This document shows positions 27,501-41,600 of a DNA stretch of 64,000 nt, piece by piece. The notes under the pieces are model-generated. The model saw only the letters and a program-made list of their open reading frames with translations, was not told the origin of the DNA and did not search any database. Within the stretch, counting starts at the first letter, position 1. The number at the start of each line of letters is the position of its first letter. The position numbers and the translations under genes were made by a program. This DNA is from the human T2T-CHM13v2.0 reference genome, Homo sapiens: the NCBI RefSeq assembly GCF_009914755.1, contig NC_060932.1; one strand, written 5' to 3'.

Positions 27501-30500
27501 TTTCATAGAGCAGGTTGGAAACACTCTTTTTGTAGTATCTGGAAGTGGACATTTGGAGGGCTTTGTAGCCTATCTGGAAAAAGGAAATATCTTCCCATGA
27601 ATGCGAGATAGAAGTAATCTCAGAAACATGTTTATGCTGTATCTACTCAACTAACTGTGCTGAACATTTCTATTGATAGAGCAGTTTTGAGACACTCTTC
27701 TTTTGGAATCTGCAAGTGGATATTTGGATAGATTTGAGGATTTCGTTGGAAACGGGATTATATATAAAAAGTAGACAGCAGCATTCTCAGAAACTTCTTT
27801 GTGATGTTTGCATCCAGCTCTCAGAGTTGAACATTCCCTTTCATAGAGTAGGTTTGAAACCCTCTTTTTATAGTGTCTGGAAGCGGGCATTTGGAGCGCT
27901 TTCAGGCCTATGCTGAAAAAGGAAATATCTACCTATAGAAACTAGACAGAAGCATTCTGAGAATCACGTTTGTGATGTGGGTACTCAACTAACAGTGTTG
28001 ATCCATTCTTTTGATACAGCAGTTTTGAACCACACTTTTTGTAGAATCTGCAAGTGGATATTTGGATAGCTGTGAGGATTTCGTTGGAAACGGGAATGTC
28101 TTCATAGAAAATTTAGACAGAAGCATTCTCAGAACCTTGATTGTGATGTGTGTTCTCCACTAACAGAGTTGAACCTTTCTTTTGACAGAACTGTTCTGAA
28201 ACATTCTTTTTATAGAATCTGGAAGTGGATATTTGGAAAGCTTTGAGGATTTCGTTGGAAACGGGAATATCTTCAAATAAAATCTAGCCAGAAGCATTCT
28301 AAGAAACATCTTAGGGATGTTTACATTCAAGTCACAGAGTTGAACATTCCCTTTCACAGAGCAGGTTTGAAAAAATCTTCTCGTACTATCTGGCAGTGGA
28401 CATTTTGAGTTCCTTGGGGCCTATGCTGAAAAAGGAAATATCTTCCGACAAAAACTAGACAGAAGCATTCGCAGAATCACGTTTGTGATGTGTGCACTCA
28501 ACTGTCAGAATTGAACCTTGGTTTGGACAGAGCACTTTTGAAACACTCTTTTTGTAGAATCTGCAGGTGGATATTTGGCTAGCTTTGAGGATTTCGTTGG
28601 AAACGGTAATGTCTTCAAAGAAAATCTAGACAGAAGCATTCTCAGAAACAGCGTCGTGATGTTTGCAATCAAGTCACAGAGTTGAACCTTCCGTTTCATA
28701 GAGCAGGTTGGAAACACTCTTTTTGTAGTATCTGGAAGTGGACATTTGGAGGGCTTTGTAGCCTATCTGGAAAAAGGAAATATCTTCCCATGAATGCGAG
28801 ATAGAAGTAATCTCAGAAACATGTTTATGCTGTATCTACTCAACTAACTGTGCTGAACATTTCTATTGATAGAGCAGTTTTGAGACACTCTTCTTTTGGA
28901 ATCTGCAAGTGGATATTTGGATAGATTTGAGGATTTCGTTGGAAACGGGATTATATATAAAAAGTAGACAGCAGCATTCTCAGAAACTTCTTTGTGATGT
29001 TTGCATCCAGCTCTCAGAGTTGAGCATTCCCTTTCATAGAGTAGGTTTGAAACCCTCTTTTTATAGTGTCTGGAAGCGGGCATTTGGAGCGCTTTCAGGC
29101 CTATGCTTAAAATAGGAAATATCTACCTACAGAAACTAGACAGAAGCATTCTGAGAATCACGTTTGTGATGTGGGTACTCAACTAACAGTGTTGATCCAT
29201 TCTTTTGATACAGCAGTTTTGAACCACACTTTTTGTAGAATCTGCAAGAGGATATTTGGATAGCTGTGAGGATTTCGTTGGAAACGGGAATGTCTTCAAA
29301 GAAAATCTAGACAGAAGCATTCTCAGAAACACCTTCGTGATGTTTGCAATCAAGTCACAGAGTTGAACCTTCCGTTTCATAGAGCAGGTTGGAAACACTC
29401 TTATTGTAGTATCTGGAAGTGGACATTTGGAGCGCTTTCAGGCCTATGGTGAAAAAGGAAATATCTTCCCATAAAAACGACATAGAAGCTATCTCAGGAA
29501 CTTGTTTATGATGCATCTAATCAACTAACAGTGTTGAACCTTTGTACTGACAGAGCAGTTTGAAACACTCTTTTTTGGAATCTGCAAGTGGATATTTGGA
29601 TCGCTTTGAGGATTTCGTTGGAAACGGGATGCAATATAAAACGTACACAGCAGCATACTCAGAAAATACTTTGCCATATTTCCATTCAAGTCACAGAGTG
29701 GAACATTCCCATTCATAGAGCAGGTTGGAAACACTCTTTTTGGAGTATCTGGAAGTGGACATTTGGAGCGCTTTCTGAACTATGGTGGAAAAGGAAATAT
29801 CTTCCAATGAAAACAAGACAGAAGCATTCTGAGAAACTTATTTGTGATGTGTGTCCTCAACAAACGGACTTGAACCTTTCGTTTCATGCAGTACTTCTGG
29901 AACACTCTTTTTGAAGATTCTGCATGCGGATATTTGGATAGCTTTGAGGATTTCGTTGGAAACGGGCTTACATGTAAAAATTAGACAGCAGCATTCTCAG
30001 AAACTTCTTTGTGGTGTCTGCATTCAAGTCACAGAATTGAACTTCCCCTCACATAGAGCAGTTGTGCAGCACTCTATTTGTAGTATCTCGAAGTGGACAT
30101 TTGGAGGGCTTTGTAGCCTATCTGGAAAAAGGAAATATCTTCCCATGAATGCGAGATAGAAGTAATCTCAGAAACATGTTTATGCTGTATCTACTCAACT
30201 ACCTGTGCTGAACATTTCTATTGATAGAGCAGTTTTGAGACACTCTTCTTTAGGAATCTGCAAGTGGATATTTGGATAGATTTGAGGATTTCGTTGGAAA
30301 CGGGATTATATATAAAAAGTAGACAGCAGCATTCTCAGAAACTTCTTTGTGATGTTTGCATCCAGCTCTCAGAGTTGGACATTCCCTTTCATAGAGTAGG
30401 TTTGAAACCCTCTTTTTATAGTGTCTGGAAGCGGGCATTTGGAGCGCTTTCAGGCCTATGCTGAAAAAGGAAATATCTACCTATAGAAACTAGACAGAAG

Positions 30501-32649
30501 CATTCTGAGAATCACGTTTGTGATGTGGGTACTCAACTAACAGTGTTGATCCATTCTTTTGATACAGCAGTTTTGAACCACACTTTTTGTAGAATCTGCA
30601 AGTGGATATTTGGATAGCTGTGAGGATTTCGTTGGAAACGGGAATGTCTTCATAGAAAATTTAGACAGAAGCATTCTCAGAACCTTGATTGTGATGTGTG
30701 TTCTCCACTAACAGAGTTGAACCTTTCTTTTGACAGAACTGTTCTGAAACATTCTTTTTATAGAATCTGGAAGTGGATATTTGGAAAGCTTTGCGGATTT
30801 CGTTGGAAACGGGAATATCTTCAAATAAAATCTAGCCAGAAGCATTCTAAGAAACATCTTAGGGATGTTTACATTCAAGTCACAGAGTTGAACATTCCCT
30901 TTCACGGAGCAGGTTTGAAACAATCTTCTCGTACTATCTGGCAGTGGACATTTTGAGCTCTTTGGGGCCTATGCTGAAAAAGGAAATATCTTCCGACAAA
31001 AACTAGACAGAAGCATTCGCAGAATCACGTTTGTGATGTGTGCACTCAACTGTCAGAATTGAACCTTGGTTTGGAGAGAGCACTTTTGAAACACTCTTTT
31101 TGTAGAATCTGCAGGTGGATATTTGGCTAGCTTTGAGGATTTCGTTGGAAACGGTAATGTCTTCAAAGAAAATCTAGACAGAAGCATTCTCAGAAACACC
31201 TTCGTGATGTTTGCAATCAAGTCACAGAGTTGAACCTTCCGTTTCATAGAGCAGGTTGGAAACACTCTTTTTGTAGTATCTGGAAGTGGACATTTGGAGG
31301 GCTTTGTAGCCTATCTGGAAAAAGGAAATATCTTCCCATGAATGCGAGATAGAAGTAATCTCAGAAACATGTTTATGCTGTATCTACTCAACTAACTGTG
31401 CTGAACATTTCTATTGATAGAGCAGTTTTGAGACACTCTTCTTTTGGAATCTGCAAGTGGATATTTGGATAGATTTGAGGATTTCGTTGGAAACGGGATT
31501 ATATATAAAAAGTAGACAGCAGCATTCTCAGAAACTTCTTTGTGATGTTTGCATCCAGCTCTCAGAGTTGAACATTCCCTTTCATAGAGTAGGTTTGAAA
31601 CCCTCTTTTTATAGTGTCTGGAAGCGGGCATTTGGAGCGCTTTCAGGCCTATGCTGAAAAAGGAAATATCTACCTATAGAAACTAGACAGAAGCATTCTG
31701 AGAATCACGTTTGTGATGTGGGTACTCAACTAACAGTGTTGATCCATTCTTTTGATACAGCAGTTTTGAACCACACTTTTTGTAGAATCTGCAAGTGGAT
31801 ATTTGGATAGCTGTGAGGATTTCGTTGGAAACGGGAATGTCTTCATAGAAAATTTAGACAGAAGCATTCTCAGAACCTTGATTGTGATGTGTGTTCTCCA
31901 CTAACAGAGTTGAACCTTTCTTTTGACAGAAATGTTCTGAAACATTCTTTTTATAGAATCTGGAAGTGGATATTTGGAAAGCTTTGAGGATTTCGTTGGA
32001 AACGAGAATATCTTCAAATAAAATCTAGCCAGAAGCATTCTAAGAAACATCTTAGGGATGTTTACATTCAAGTCACAGAGTTGAACATTCCCTTTCACAG
32101 AGCAGGTTTGAAACAATCTTCTCGTACTATCTGGCAGTGGACATTTTGAGCTCCTTGGGGCCTATGCTGAAAAAGGAAATATCTTCCGACAAAAACTAGA
32201 CAGAAGCATTCGCAGAATCACGTTTGTGATGTGTGCACTCAACTGTCAGAATTGAACCTTGGTTTGGACAGAGCACTTTTGAAACACTCTTTTTGTAGAA
32301 TCTGCAGGTGGATATTTGGCTAGCTTTGAGGATTTCGTTGGAAACGGTAATGTCTTCAAAGAAAATCTAGACAGAAGCATTCTCAGAAACACCTTCATGA
32401 TGTTTGCAATCAAGTCACAGAGTTGAACCTTCCGTTTCATAGAGCAGGTTGGAAACACTCTTTTTGTAGTATCTGGAAGTGGACATTTGGAGGGCTTTGT
32501 AGCCTATCTGGAAAAAGGAAATATATTCCCATGAATGCGAGATAGAAGTAATCTCAGAAACATGTTTATGCTGTATCTACTCAACTAACTGTGCTGAACA
32601 TTTCTATTGATAGAGCAGTTTTGAGACACTCTTCTTTTGGAATCTGCAA
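12588..32649 (+). repeat. 10,031-bp super-HOR (8,7,8,7,7,8,7,7) present twice in tandem
   Basis: Identical unit order, plus rare alleles shared at a 10,030-10,031 offset: 13497/23528, 14879/24910, 16860/26890, 17128/27158, 18380/28410, 20347/30378, 22648/32679. Confidence 0.8.
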
Positions 32650-35600
32650 GTGGATATTTGGATAGATTTGAGGATTTCTTTGGAAACGGGATTATATATA
32701 AAAAGTAGACAGCAGCATTCTCAGAAACTTCTTTGTGATGTTTGCATCCAGTTCTCAGAGTTGAACATTCCCTTTCATAGAGTAGGTTTGAAACCCTCTT
32801 TTTATAGTGTCTGGAAGCGGGCATTTGGAGCGCTTTCAGGCCTATGCTTAAAATAGGAAATATCTACCTACAGAAACTAGACAGAAGCATTCTGAGAATC
32901 ACGTTTGTGATGTGGGTACTCAACTAACAGTGTTGATCCATTCTTTTGATACAGCAGTTTTGAACCACACTTTTTGTAGAATCTGCAAGAGGATATTTGG
33001 AAAGCTGTGAGGATTTCGTTGGAAACGGGAATGTCTTCAAAGAAAATCTAGACAGAAGCATTCTCAGAAACACCTTCGTGATGTTTGCAATCAAGTCACA
33101 GAGTTGAACCTTCCGTTTCATAGAGCAGGTTGGAAACACTCTTTTTGTAGTTTGTGGAAGTGGACATTTGGAGCGCTTTCAGGCCTATGGTGAAAAAGGA
33201 AATATCTTCCCATAAAAACGACATAGAAGCTATCTCAGGAACTTGTTTATGATGCATCTAATCAACTAACAGTGTTGAACCTTTGTACTGACAGAGCAGT
33301 TTGAAACACTCTTTTTTTGGAATCTGCAAGTGGATATTTGGATCGCTTTGAGGATTTCGTTGGAAACGGGATGCAATATAAAACGTACACAGCAGCATAC
33401 TCAGAAAATACTTTGCCATATTTCCATTCAAGTCACAGAGTGGAACATTCCCATTCATAGAGCAGGTTTGAAACACTCTTTTTGGAGTATCTGGAAGTGG
33501 ACATTTGGAGCGCTTTCTGAACTATGGTGAAAAAGGAAATATCTTCCAATGAAAACAAGACAGAAGCATTCTGAGAAACTTATTTGTGATGTGTGTCCTC
33601 AACAAACGGACTTGAACCTTTCGTTTCATGCAGTACTTCTGGAACACTCTTTTTGAAGATTCTGCATGCGGATATTTGGATAGCTTTGAGGATTTCGTTG
33701 GAAACGGGCTTACATGTAAAAATTAGACAGCAGCATTCTCAGAAACTTCTTTGTGGTGTCTGCATTCAAGTCACAGAATTGAACTTCCCCTCACATAGAG
33801 CAGTTGTGCAGCACTCTATTTGTAGTATCTCGAAGTGGACATTTGGAGGGCTTTGTAGCCTACTTGGAAAAAGGAAATATCTTCCCATGAATGCGAGATA
33901 GAAGTAATCTCAGAAACATGTTTATGCTGTATCTACTCAACTAACTGTGCTGAACATTTCTATTGATAGAGCAGTTTTGAGACACTCTTCTTTTGAAATC
34001 TGCAAGTGGATATTTGGATAGATTTGAGGATTTCGTTGGAAACGGGATTATATATAAAAAGTAGACAGCAGCATTCTCAGAAACTTCTTTGTGATGTTTG
34101 CATCCAGCTCTCAGAGTTGAACATTCCCTTTCATAGAGTAGGTTTGAAACCCTCTTTTTATAGTGTCTAGAAGCGGGCATTTGGAGCGCTTTCAGGCCTA
34201 TGCTTAAAATAGGAAATATCTACCTACAGAAACTAGACAGAAGCATTCTGAGAATCACGTTTGTGATGTGGGTACTCAACTAACAGTGTTGATCCATTCT
34301 TTTGATACAGCAGTTTTGAACCACACTTTTTGTAGAATCTGCAAGAGGATATTTGGATAGCTGTGAGGATTTCGTTGGAAACGGGAATGTCTTCAAAGAA
34401 AATCTAGACAGAAGCATTCTCAGAAACACCTTCGTGATGTTTGCAATCAAGTCACAGAGTTGAACCTTCCGTTTCATAGAGCAGGTTGGAAACACTCTTA
34501 TTGTAGTATCTGGAAGTGGACATTTGGAGCGCTTTCAGGCCTATGGTGAAAAAGGAAATATCTTCCCATAAAAACGACATAGAAGCTACCTCAGGAACTT
34601 GTTTATGATGCATCTAATCAACTAACAGTGTTGAACCTTTGTACTGACAGAGCAGTTTGAAACACTCTTTTTTTGGAATCTGCAAGTGGATATTTGGATC
34701 ACTTTGAGGATTTCGTTGGAAACGGGATGCAATATAAAACGTAGACAGCAGCATACTCAGAAAATACTTTGCCATATTTCCATTCAAGTCACAGAGTGGA
34801 ACATTCCCATTCATAGAGCAGGTTGGAAACACTCTTTTTGGAGTATCTGGAAGTGGACATTTGGAGCGCTTTCTGAACTATGGTGAAAAAGGAAATATCT
34901 TCCAATGAAAACAAGACAGAAGCATTCTGAGAAACTTATTTGTGATGTGTGTCCTCAACAAACGGACTTGAACCTTTCGTTTCATGCAGTACTTCTGGAA
35001 CACTCTTTTTGAAGATTCTGCATGCGGATATTTGGATAGCTTTGAGGATTTCGTTGGAAACGGGCTTACATGTAAAAATTAGACAGCAGCATTCTCAGAA
35101 ACTTCTTTGTGGTGTCTGCATTCAAGTCACAGAATTGAACTTCCCCTCACATAGAGCAGTAGTGCAGCACTCTATTTGTAGTATCTCGAAGTGGACATTT
35201 GGAGGGCTTTGTAGCCTATCTGGAAAAAGGAAATATCTTCCCATGAATGCGAGATAGAAGTAATCTCAGAAACATGTTTATGCTGTATCTACTCAACTAA
35301 CTGTGCTGAACATTTCTATTGATAGAGCAGTTTTGAGACACTCTTCTTTTGGAATCTGCAAGTGGATATTTGGATAGATTTGAGGATTTCGTTGGAAACG
35401 GGATTATATATCAAAAGTAGACAGCAGCATTCTCAGAAACTTCTTTGTGATGTTTGCATCCAGCTCTCAGAGTTGAACATTCCCTTTCATAGAGTAGGTT
35501 TGAAACCCTCTTTTTCTAGTGTCTGGAAGCGGGCATTTGGAGCGCTTTCAGGCCTATGCTGAAAAAGGAAATATCTACCTATAGAAACTAGACAGAAGCA

Positions 35601-38600
35601 TTCTGAGAATCACGTTTGTGATGTGGGTACTCAACTAACAGTGTTGATCCATTCTTTTGATACAGCAGTTTTGAACCACACTTTTTGTAGAATCTGCAAG
35701 TGGATATTTGGATAGCTGTGAGGATTTCGTTGGAAACGGGAATGTCTTCATAGAAAATTTAGACAGAAGCATTCTCAGAACCTTGATTGTGATGTGTGTT
35801 CTCCACTAACAGAGTTGAACCTTTCTTTTGACAGAACTGTTCTGAAACATTCTTTTTATAGAATCTGGAAGTGGATATTTGGAAAGCTTTGCGGATTTCG
35901 TTGGAAACGGGAATATCTTCAAATAAAATCTAGCCAGAAGCATTCTAAGAAACATCTTAGGGATGTTTACATTCAAGTCACAGAGTTGAACATTCCCTTT
36001 CACGGAGCAGGTTTGAAACAATCTTCTCGTACTATCTGGCAGTGGACATTTTGAGCTCTTTGGGGCCTATGCTGAAAAAGGAAATATCTTCCGACAAAAA
36101 CTAGACAGAAGCATTCGCAGAATCACGTTTGTGATGTGTGCACTCAACTGTCAGAATTGAACCTTGGTTTGGAGAGAGCACTTTTGAAACACTCTTTTTG
36201 TAGAATCTGCAGGTGGATATTTGGCTAGCTTTGAGGATTTCGTTGGAAACGGTAATGTCTTCAAAGAAAATCTAGACAGAAGCATTCTCAGAAACACCTT
36301 CGTGATGTTTGCAATCAAGTCACAGAGTTGAACCTTCCGTTTCATAGAGCAGGTTGGAAACACTCTTTTTGTAGTATCTGGAAGTGGACATTTGGAGGGC
36401 TTTGTAGCCTATCTGGAAAAAGGAAATATCTTCCCATGAATGCGAGATAGAAGTAATCTCAGAAACATGTTTATGCTGTATCTACTCAACTAACTGTGCT
36501 GAACATTTCTATTGATAGAGCAGTTTTGAGACACTCTTCTTTTGGAATCTGCAAGTGGATATTTGGATAGATTTGAGGATTTCGTTGGAAACGGGATTAT
36601 ATATAAAAAGTAGACAGCAGCATTCTCAGAAACTTCTTTGTGATGTTTGCATCCAGCTCTCAGAGTTGAACATTCCCTTTCATAGAGTAGGTTTGAAACC
36701 CTCTTTTTATAGTGTCTGGAAGCGGGCATTTGGAGTGCTTTCAGGCCTATGCTGAAAAAGGAAATATCTACCTATAGAAACTAGACAGAAGCATTCTGAG
36801 AATCACGTTTGTGATGTGGGTACTCAACTAACAGTGTTGATCCATTCTTTTGATACAGCAGTTTTGAACCACACTTTTTGTAGAATCTGCAAGTGGATAT
36901 TTGGATAGCTGTGAGGATTTCGTTGGAAACGGGAATGTCTTCATAGAAAATTTAGACAGAAGCATTCTCAGAACCTTGATTGTGATGTGTGTTCTCCACT
37001 AACAGAGTTGAACCTTTCTTTTGACAGAAATGTTCTGAAACATTCTTTTTATAGAATCTGGAAGTGGATATTTGGAAAGCTTTGAGGATTTCGTTGGAAA
37101 CGAGAATATCTTCAAATAAAATCTAGCCAGAAGCATTCTAAGAAACATCTTAGGGATGTTTACATTCAAGTCACAGAGTTGAACATTCCCTTTCACAGAG
37201 CAGGTTTGAAACAATCTTCTCGTACTATCTGGCAGTGGACATTTTGAGCTCCTTGGGGCCTATGCTGAAAAAGGAAATATCTTCCGACAAAAACTAGACA
37301 GAAGCATTCGCAGAATCACGTTTGTGATGTGTGCACTCAACTGTCAGAATTGAACCTTGGTTTGGACAGAGCACTTTTGAAACACTCTTTTTGTAGAATC
37401 TGCAGGTGGATATTTGGCTAGCTTTGAGGATTTCGTTGGAAACGGTAATGTCTTCAAAGAAAATCTAGACAGAAGCATTCTCAGAAACACCTTCATGATG
37501 TTTGCAATCAAGTCACAGAGTTGAACCTTCCGTTTCATAGAGCAGGTTGGAAACACTCTTTTTGTAGTATCTGGAAGTGGACATTTGGAGGGCTTTGTAG
37601 CCTATCTGGAAAAAGGAAATATATTCCCATGAATGCGAGATAGAAGTAATCTCAGAAACATGTTTATGCTGTATCTACTCAACTAACTGTGCTGAACATT
37701 TCTATTGATAGAGCAGTTTTGAGACACTCTTCTTTTGGAATCTGCAAGTGGATATTTGGATAGATTTGAGGATTTCTTTGGAAACGGGATTATATATAAA
37801 AAGTAGACAGCAGCATTCTCAGAAACTTCTTTGTGATGTTTGCATCCAGTTCTCAGAGTTGAACATTCCCTTTCATAGAGTAGGTTTGAAACCCTCTTTT
37901 TATAGTGTCTGGAAGCGGGCATTTGGAGCGCTTTCAGGCCTATGCTTAAAATAGGAAATATCTACCTACAGAAACTAGACAGAAGCATTCTGAGAATCAC
38001 GTTTGTGATGTGGGTACTCAACTAACAGTGTTGATCCATTCTTTTGATACAGCAGTTTTGAACCACACTTTTTGTAGAATCTGCAAGAGGATATTTGGAA
38101 AGCTGTGAGGATTTCGTTGGAAACGGGAATGTCTTCAAAGAAAATCTAGACAGAAGCATTCTCAGAAACACCTTCGTGATGTTTGCAATCAAGTCACAGA
38201 GTTGAACCTTCCGTTTCATAGAGCAGGTTGGAAACACTCTTTTTGTAGTTTGTGGAAGTGGACATTTGGAGCGCTTTGAGGCCTATGGTGAAAAAGGAAA
38301 TATCTTCCCATAAAAACGACATAGAAGCTATCTCAGGAACTTGTTTATGATGCATCTAATCAACTAACAGTGTTGAACCTTTGTACTGACAGAGCAGTTT
38401 GAAACACTCTTTTTTTGGAATCTGCAAGTGGATATTTGGATCGCTTTGAGGATTTCGTTGGAAACGGGATGCAATATAAAACGTACACAGCAGCATACTC
38501 AGAAAATACTTTGCCATATTTCCATTCAAGTCACAGAGTGGAACATTCCCATTCATAGAGCAGGTTTGAAACACTCTTTTTGGAGTATCTGGAAGTGGAC

Positions 38601-41600
38601 ATTTGGAGCGCTTTCTGAACTATGGTGAAAAAGGAAATATCTTCCAATGAAAACAAGACAGAAGCATTCTGAGAAACTTATTTGTGATGTGTGTCCTCAA
38701 CAAACGGACTTGAACCTTTCGTTTCATGCAGTACTTCTGGAACACTCTTTTTGAAGATTCTGCATGCGGATATTTGGATAGCTTTGAGGATTTCGTTGGA
38801 AACGGGCTTACATGTAAAAATTAGACAGCAGCATTCTCAGAAACTTCTTTGTGGTGTCTGCATTCAAGTCACAGAATTGAACTTCCCCTCACATAGAGCA
38901 GTTGTGCAGCACTCTATTTGTAGTATCTCGAAGTGGACATTTGGAGGGCTTTGTAGCCTACTTGGAAAAAGGAAATATCTTCCCATGAATGCGAGATAGA
39001 AGTAATCTCAGAAACATGTTTATGCTGTATCTACTCAACTAACTGTGCTGAACATTTCTATTGATAGAGCAGTTTTGAGACACTCTTCTTTTGAAATCTG
39101 CAAGTGGATATTTGGATAGATTTGAGGATTTCGTTGGAAACGGGATTATATATAAAAAGTAGACAGCAGCATTCTCAGAAACTTCTTTGTGATGTTTGCA
39201 TCCAGCTCTCAGAGTTGAACATTCCCTTTCATAGAGTAGGTTTGAAACCCTCTTTTTATAGTGTCTAGAAGCGGGCATTTGGAGCGCTTTCAGGCCTATG
39301 CTTAAAATAGGAAATATCTACCTACAGAAACTAGACAGAAGCATTCTGAGAATCACGTTTGTGATGTGGGTACTCAACTAACAGTGTTGATCCATTCTTT
39401 TGATACAGCAGTTTTGAACCACACTTTTTGTAGAATCTGCAAGAGGATATTTGGATAGCTGTGAGGATTTCGTTGGAAACGGGAATGTCTTCAAAGAAAA
39501 TCTAGACAGAAGCATTCTCAGAAACACCTTCGTGATGTTTGCAATCAAGTCACAGAGTTGAACCTTCCGTTTCATAGAGCAGGTTGGAAACACTCTTATT
39601 GTAGTATCTGGAAGTGGACATTTGGAGCGCTTTCAGGCCTATGGTGAAAAAGGAAATATCTTCCCATAAAAACGACATAGAAGCTACCTCAGGAACTTGT
39701 TTATGATGCATCTAATCAACTAACAGTGTTGAACCTTTGTACTGACAGAGCAGTTTGAAACACTCTTTTTTTGGAATCTGCAAGTGGATATTTGGATCAC
39801 TTTGAGGATTTCGTTGGAAACGGGATGCAATATAAAACGTAGACAGCAGCATACTCAGAAAATACTTTGCCATATTTCCATTCAAGTCACAGAGTGGAAC
39901 ATTCCCATTCATAGAGCAGGTTGGAAACACTCTTTTTGGAGTATCTGGAAGTGGACATTTGGAGCGCTTTCTGAACTATGGTGAAAAAGGAAATATCTTC
40001 CAATGAAAACAAGACAGAAGCATTCTGAGAAACTTATTTGTGATGTGTGTCCTCAACTAACGGACTTGAACCTTTCGTTTCATGCAGTACTTCTGGAACA
40101 CTCTTTTTGAAGATTCTGCATGCGGATATTTGGATAGCTTTGAGGATTTCGTTGGAAACGGGCTTACATGTAAAAATTAGACAGCAGCATTCTCAGAAAC
40201 TTCTTTGTGGTGTCTGCATTCAAGTCACAGAATTGAACTTCCCCTCACATAGAGCAGTTGTGCAGCACTCTATTTGTAGTATCTGGAAGTGGACATTTGG
40301 AGGGCTTTGTAGCCTATCTGGAAAAAGGAAATATCTTCCCATGAATGCGAGATAGAAGTAATCTCAGAAACATGTTTATGCTGTATCTACTCAACTAACT
40401 GTGCTGAACATTTCTATTGATAGAGCAGTTTTGAGACACTCTTCTTTTGGAATCTGCAAGTGGATATTTGGATAGATTTGAGGATTTCGTTGGAAACGGG
40501 ATTATATATAAAAAGTAGACAGCAGCATTCTCAGAAACTTCTTTGTGATGTTTGCATCCAGCTCTCAGAGTTGAACATTCCCTTTCATAGAGTAGGTTTG
40601 AAACCCTCTTTTTATAGTGTCTGGAAGCGGGCATTTGGAGCGCTTTCAGGCCTATGCTGAAAAAGGAAATATCTACCTATAGAAACTAGACAGAAGCATT
40701 CTGAGAATCACGTTTGTGATGTGGGTACTCAACTAACAGTGTTGATCCATTCTTTTGATACAGCAGTTTTGAACCACACTTTTTGTAGAATCTGCAAGTG
40801 GATATTTGGATAGCTGTGAGGATTTTGTTGGAAACGGGAATGTCTTCATAGAAAATTTAGACAGAAGCATTCTCAGAACCTTGATTGTGATGTGTGTTCT
40901 CCACTAACAGAGTTGAACCTTTCTTTTGACAGAACTGTTCTGAAACATTCTTTTTATAGAATCTGGAAGTGGATATTTGGAAAGCTTTGAGGATTTCGTT
41001 GGAAACGGGAATATCTTCAAATAAAATCTAGCCAGAAGCATTCTAAGAAACATCTTAGGGATGTTTACATTCAAGTCACAGAGTTGAACATTCCCTTTCA
41101 CAGAGCAGGTTTGAAACAATCTTCTCGTACTATCTGGCAGTGGACATTTTGAGCTCCTTGGGGCCTATGCTGAAAAAGGAAATATCTTCCGACAAAAACT
41201 AGACAGAAGCATTCGCAGAATCACGTTTGTGATGTGTGCACTCAACTGTCAGAATTGAACCTTGGTTTGGACAGAGCACTTTTGAAACACTCTTTTTGTA
41301 GAATCTGCAGGTGGATATTTGGCTAGCTTTGAGGATTTCGTTGGAAACGGTAATGTCTTCAAAGAAAATCTAGACAGAAGCATTCTCAGAAACACCTTCG
41401 TGATGTTTGCAATCAAGTCACAGAGTTGAACCTTCCGTTTCATAGAGCAGGTTGGAAACACTCTTTTTGTAGTATCTGGAAGTGGACATTTGGAGGGCTT
41501 TGTAGCCTATCTGGAAAAAGGAAATATCTTCCCATGAATGCGAGATAGAAGTAATCTCAGAAACATGTTTATGCTGTATCTACTCAACTAACTGTGCTGA

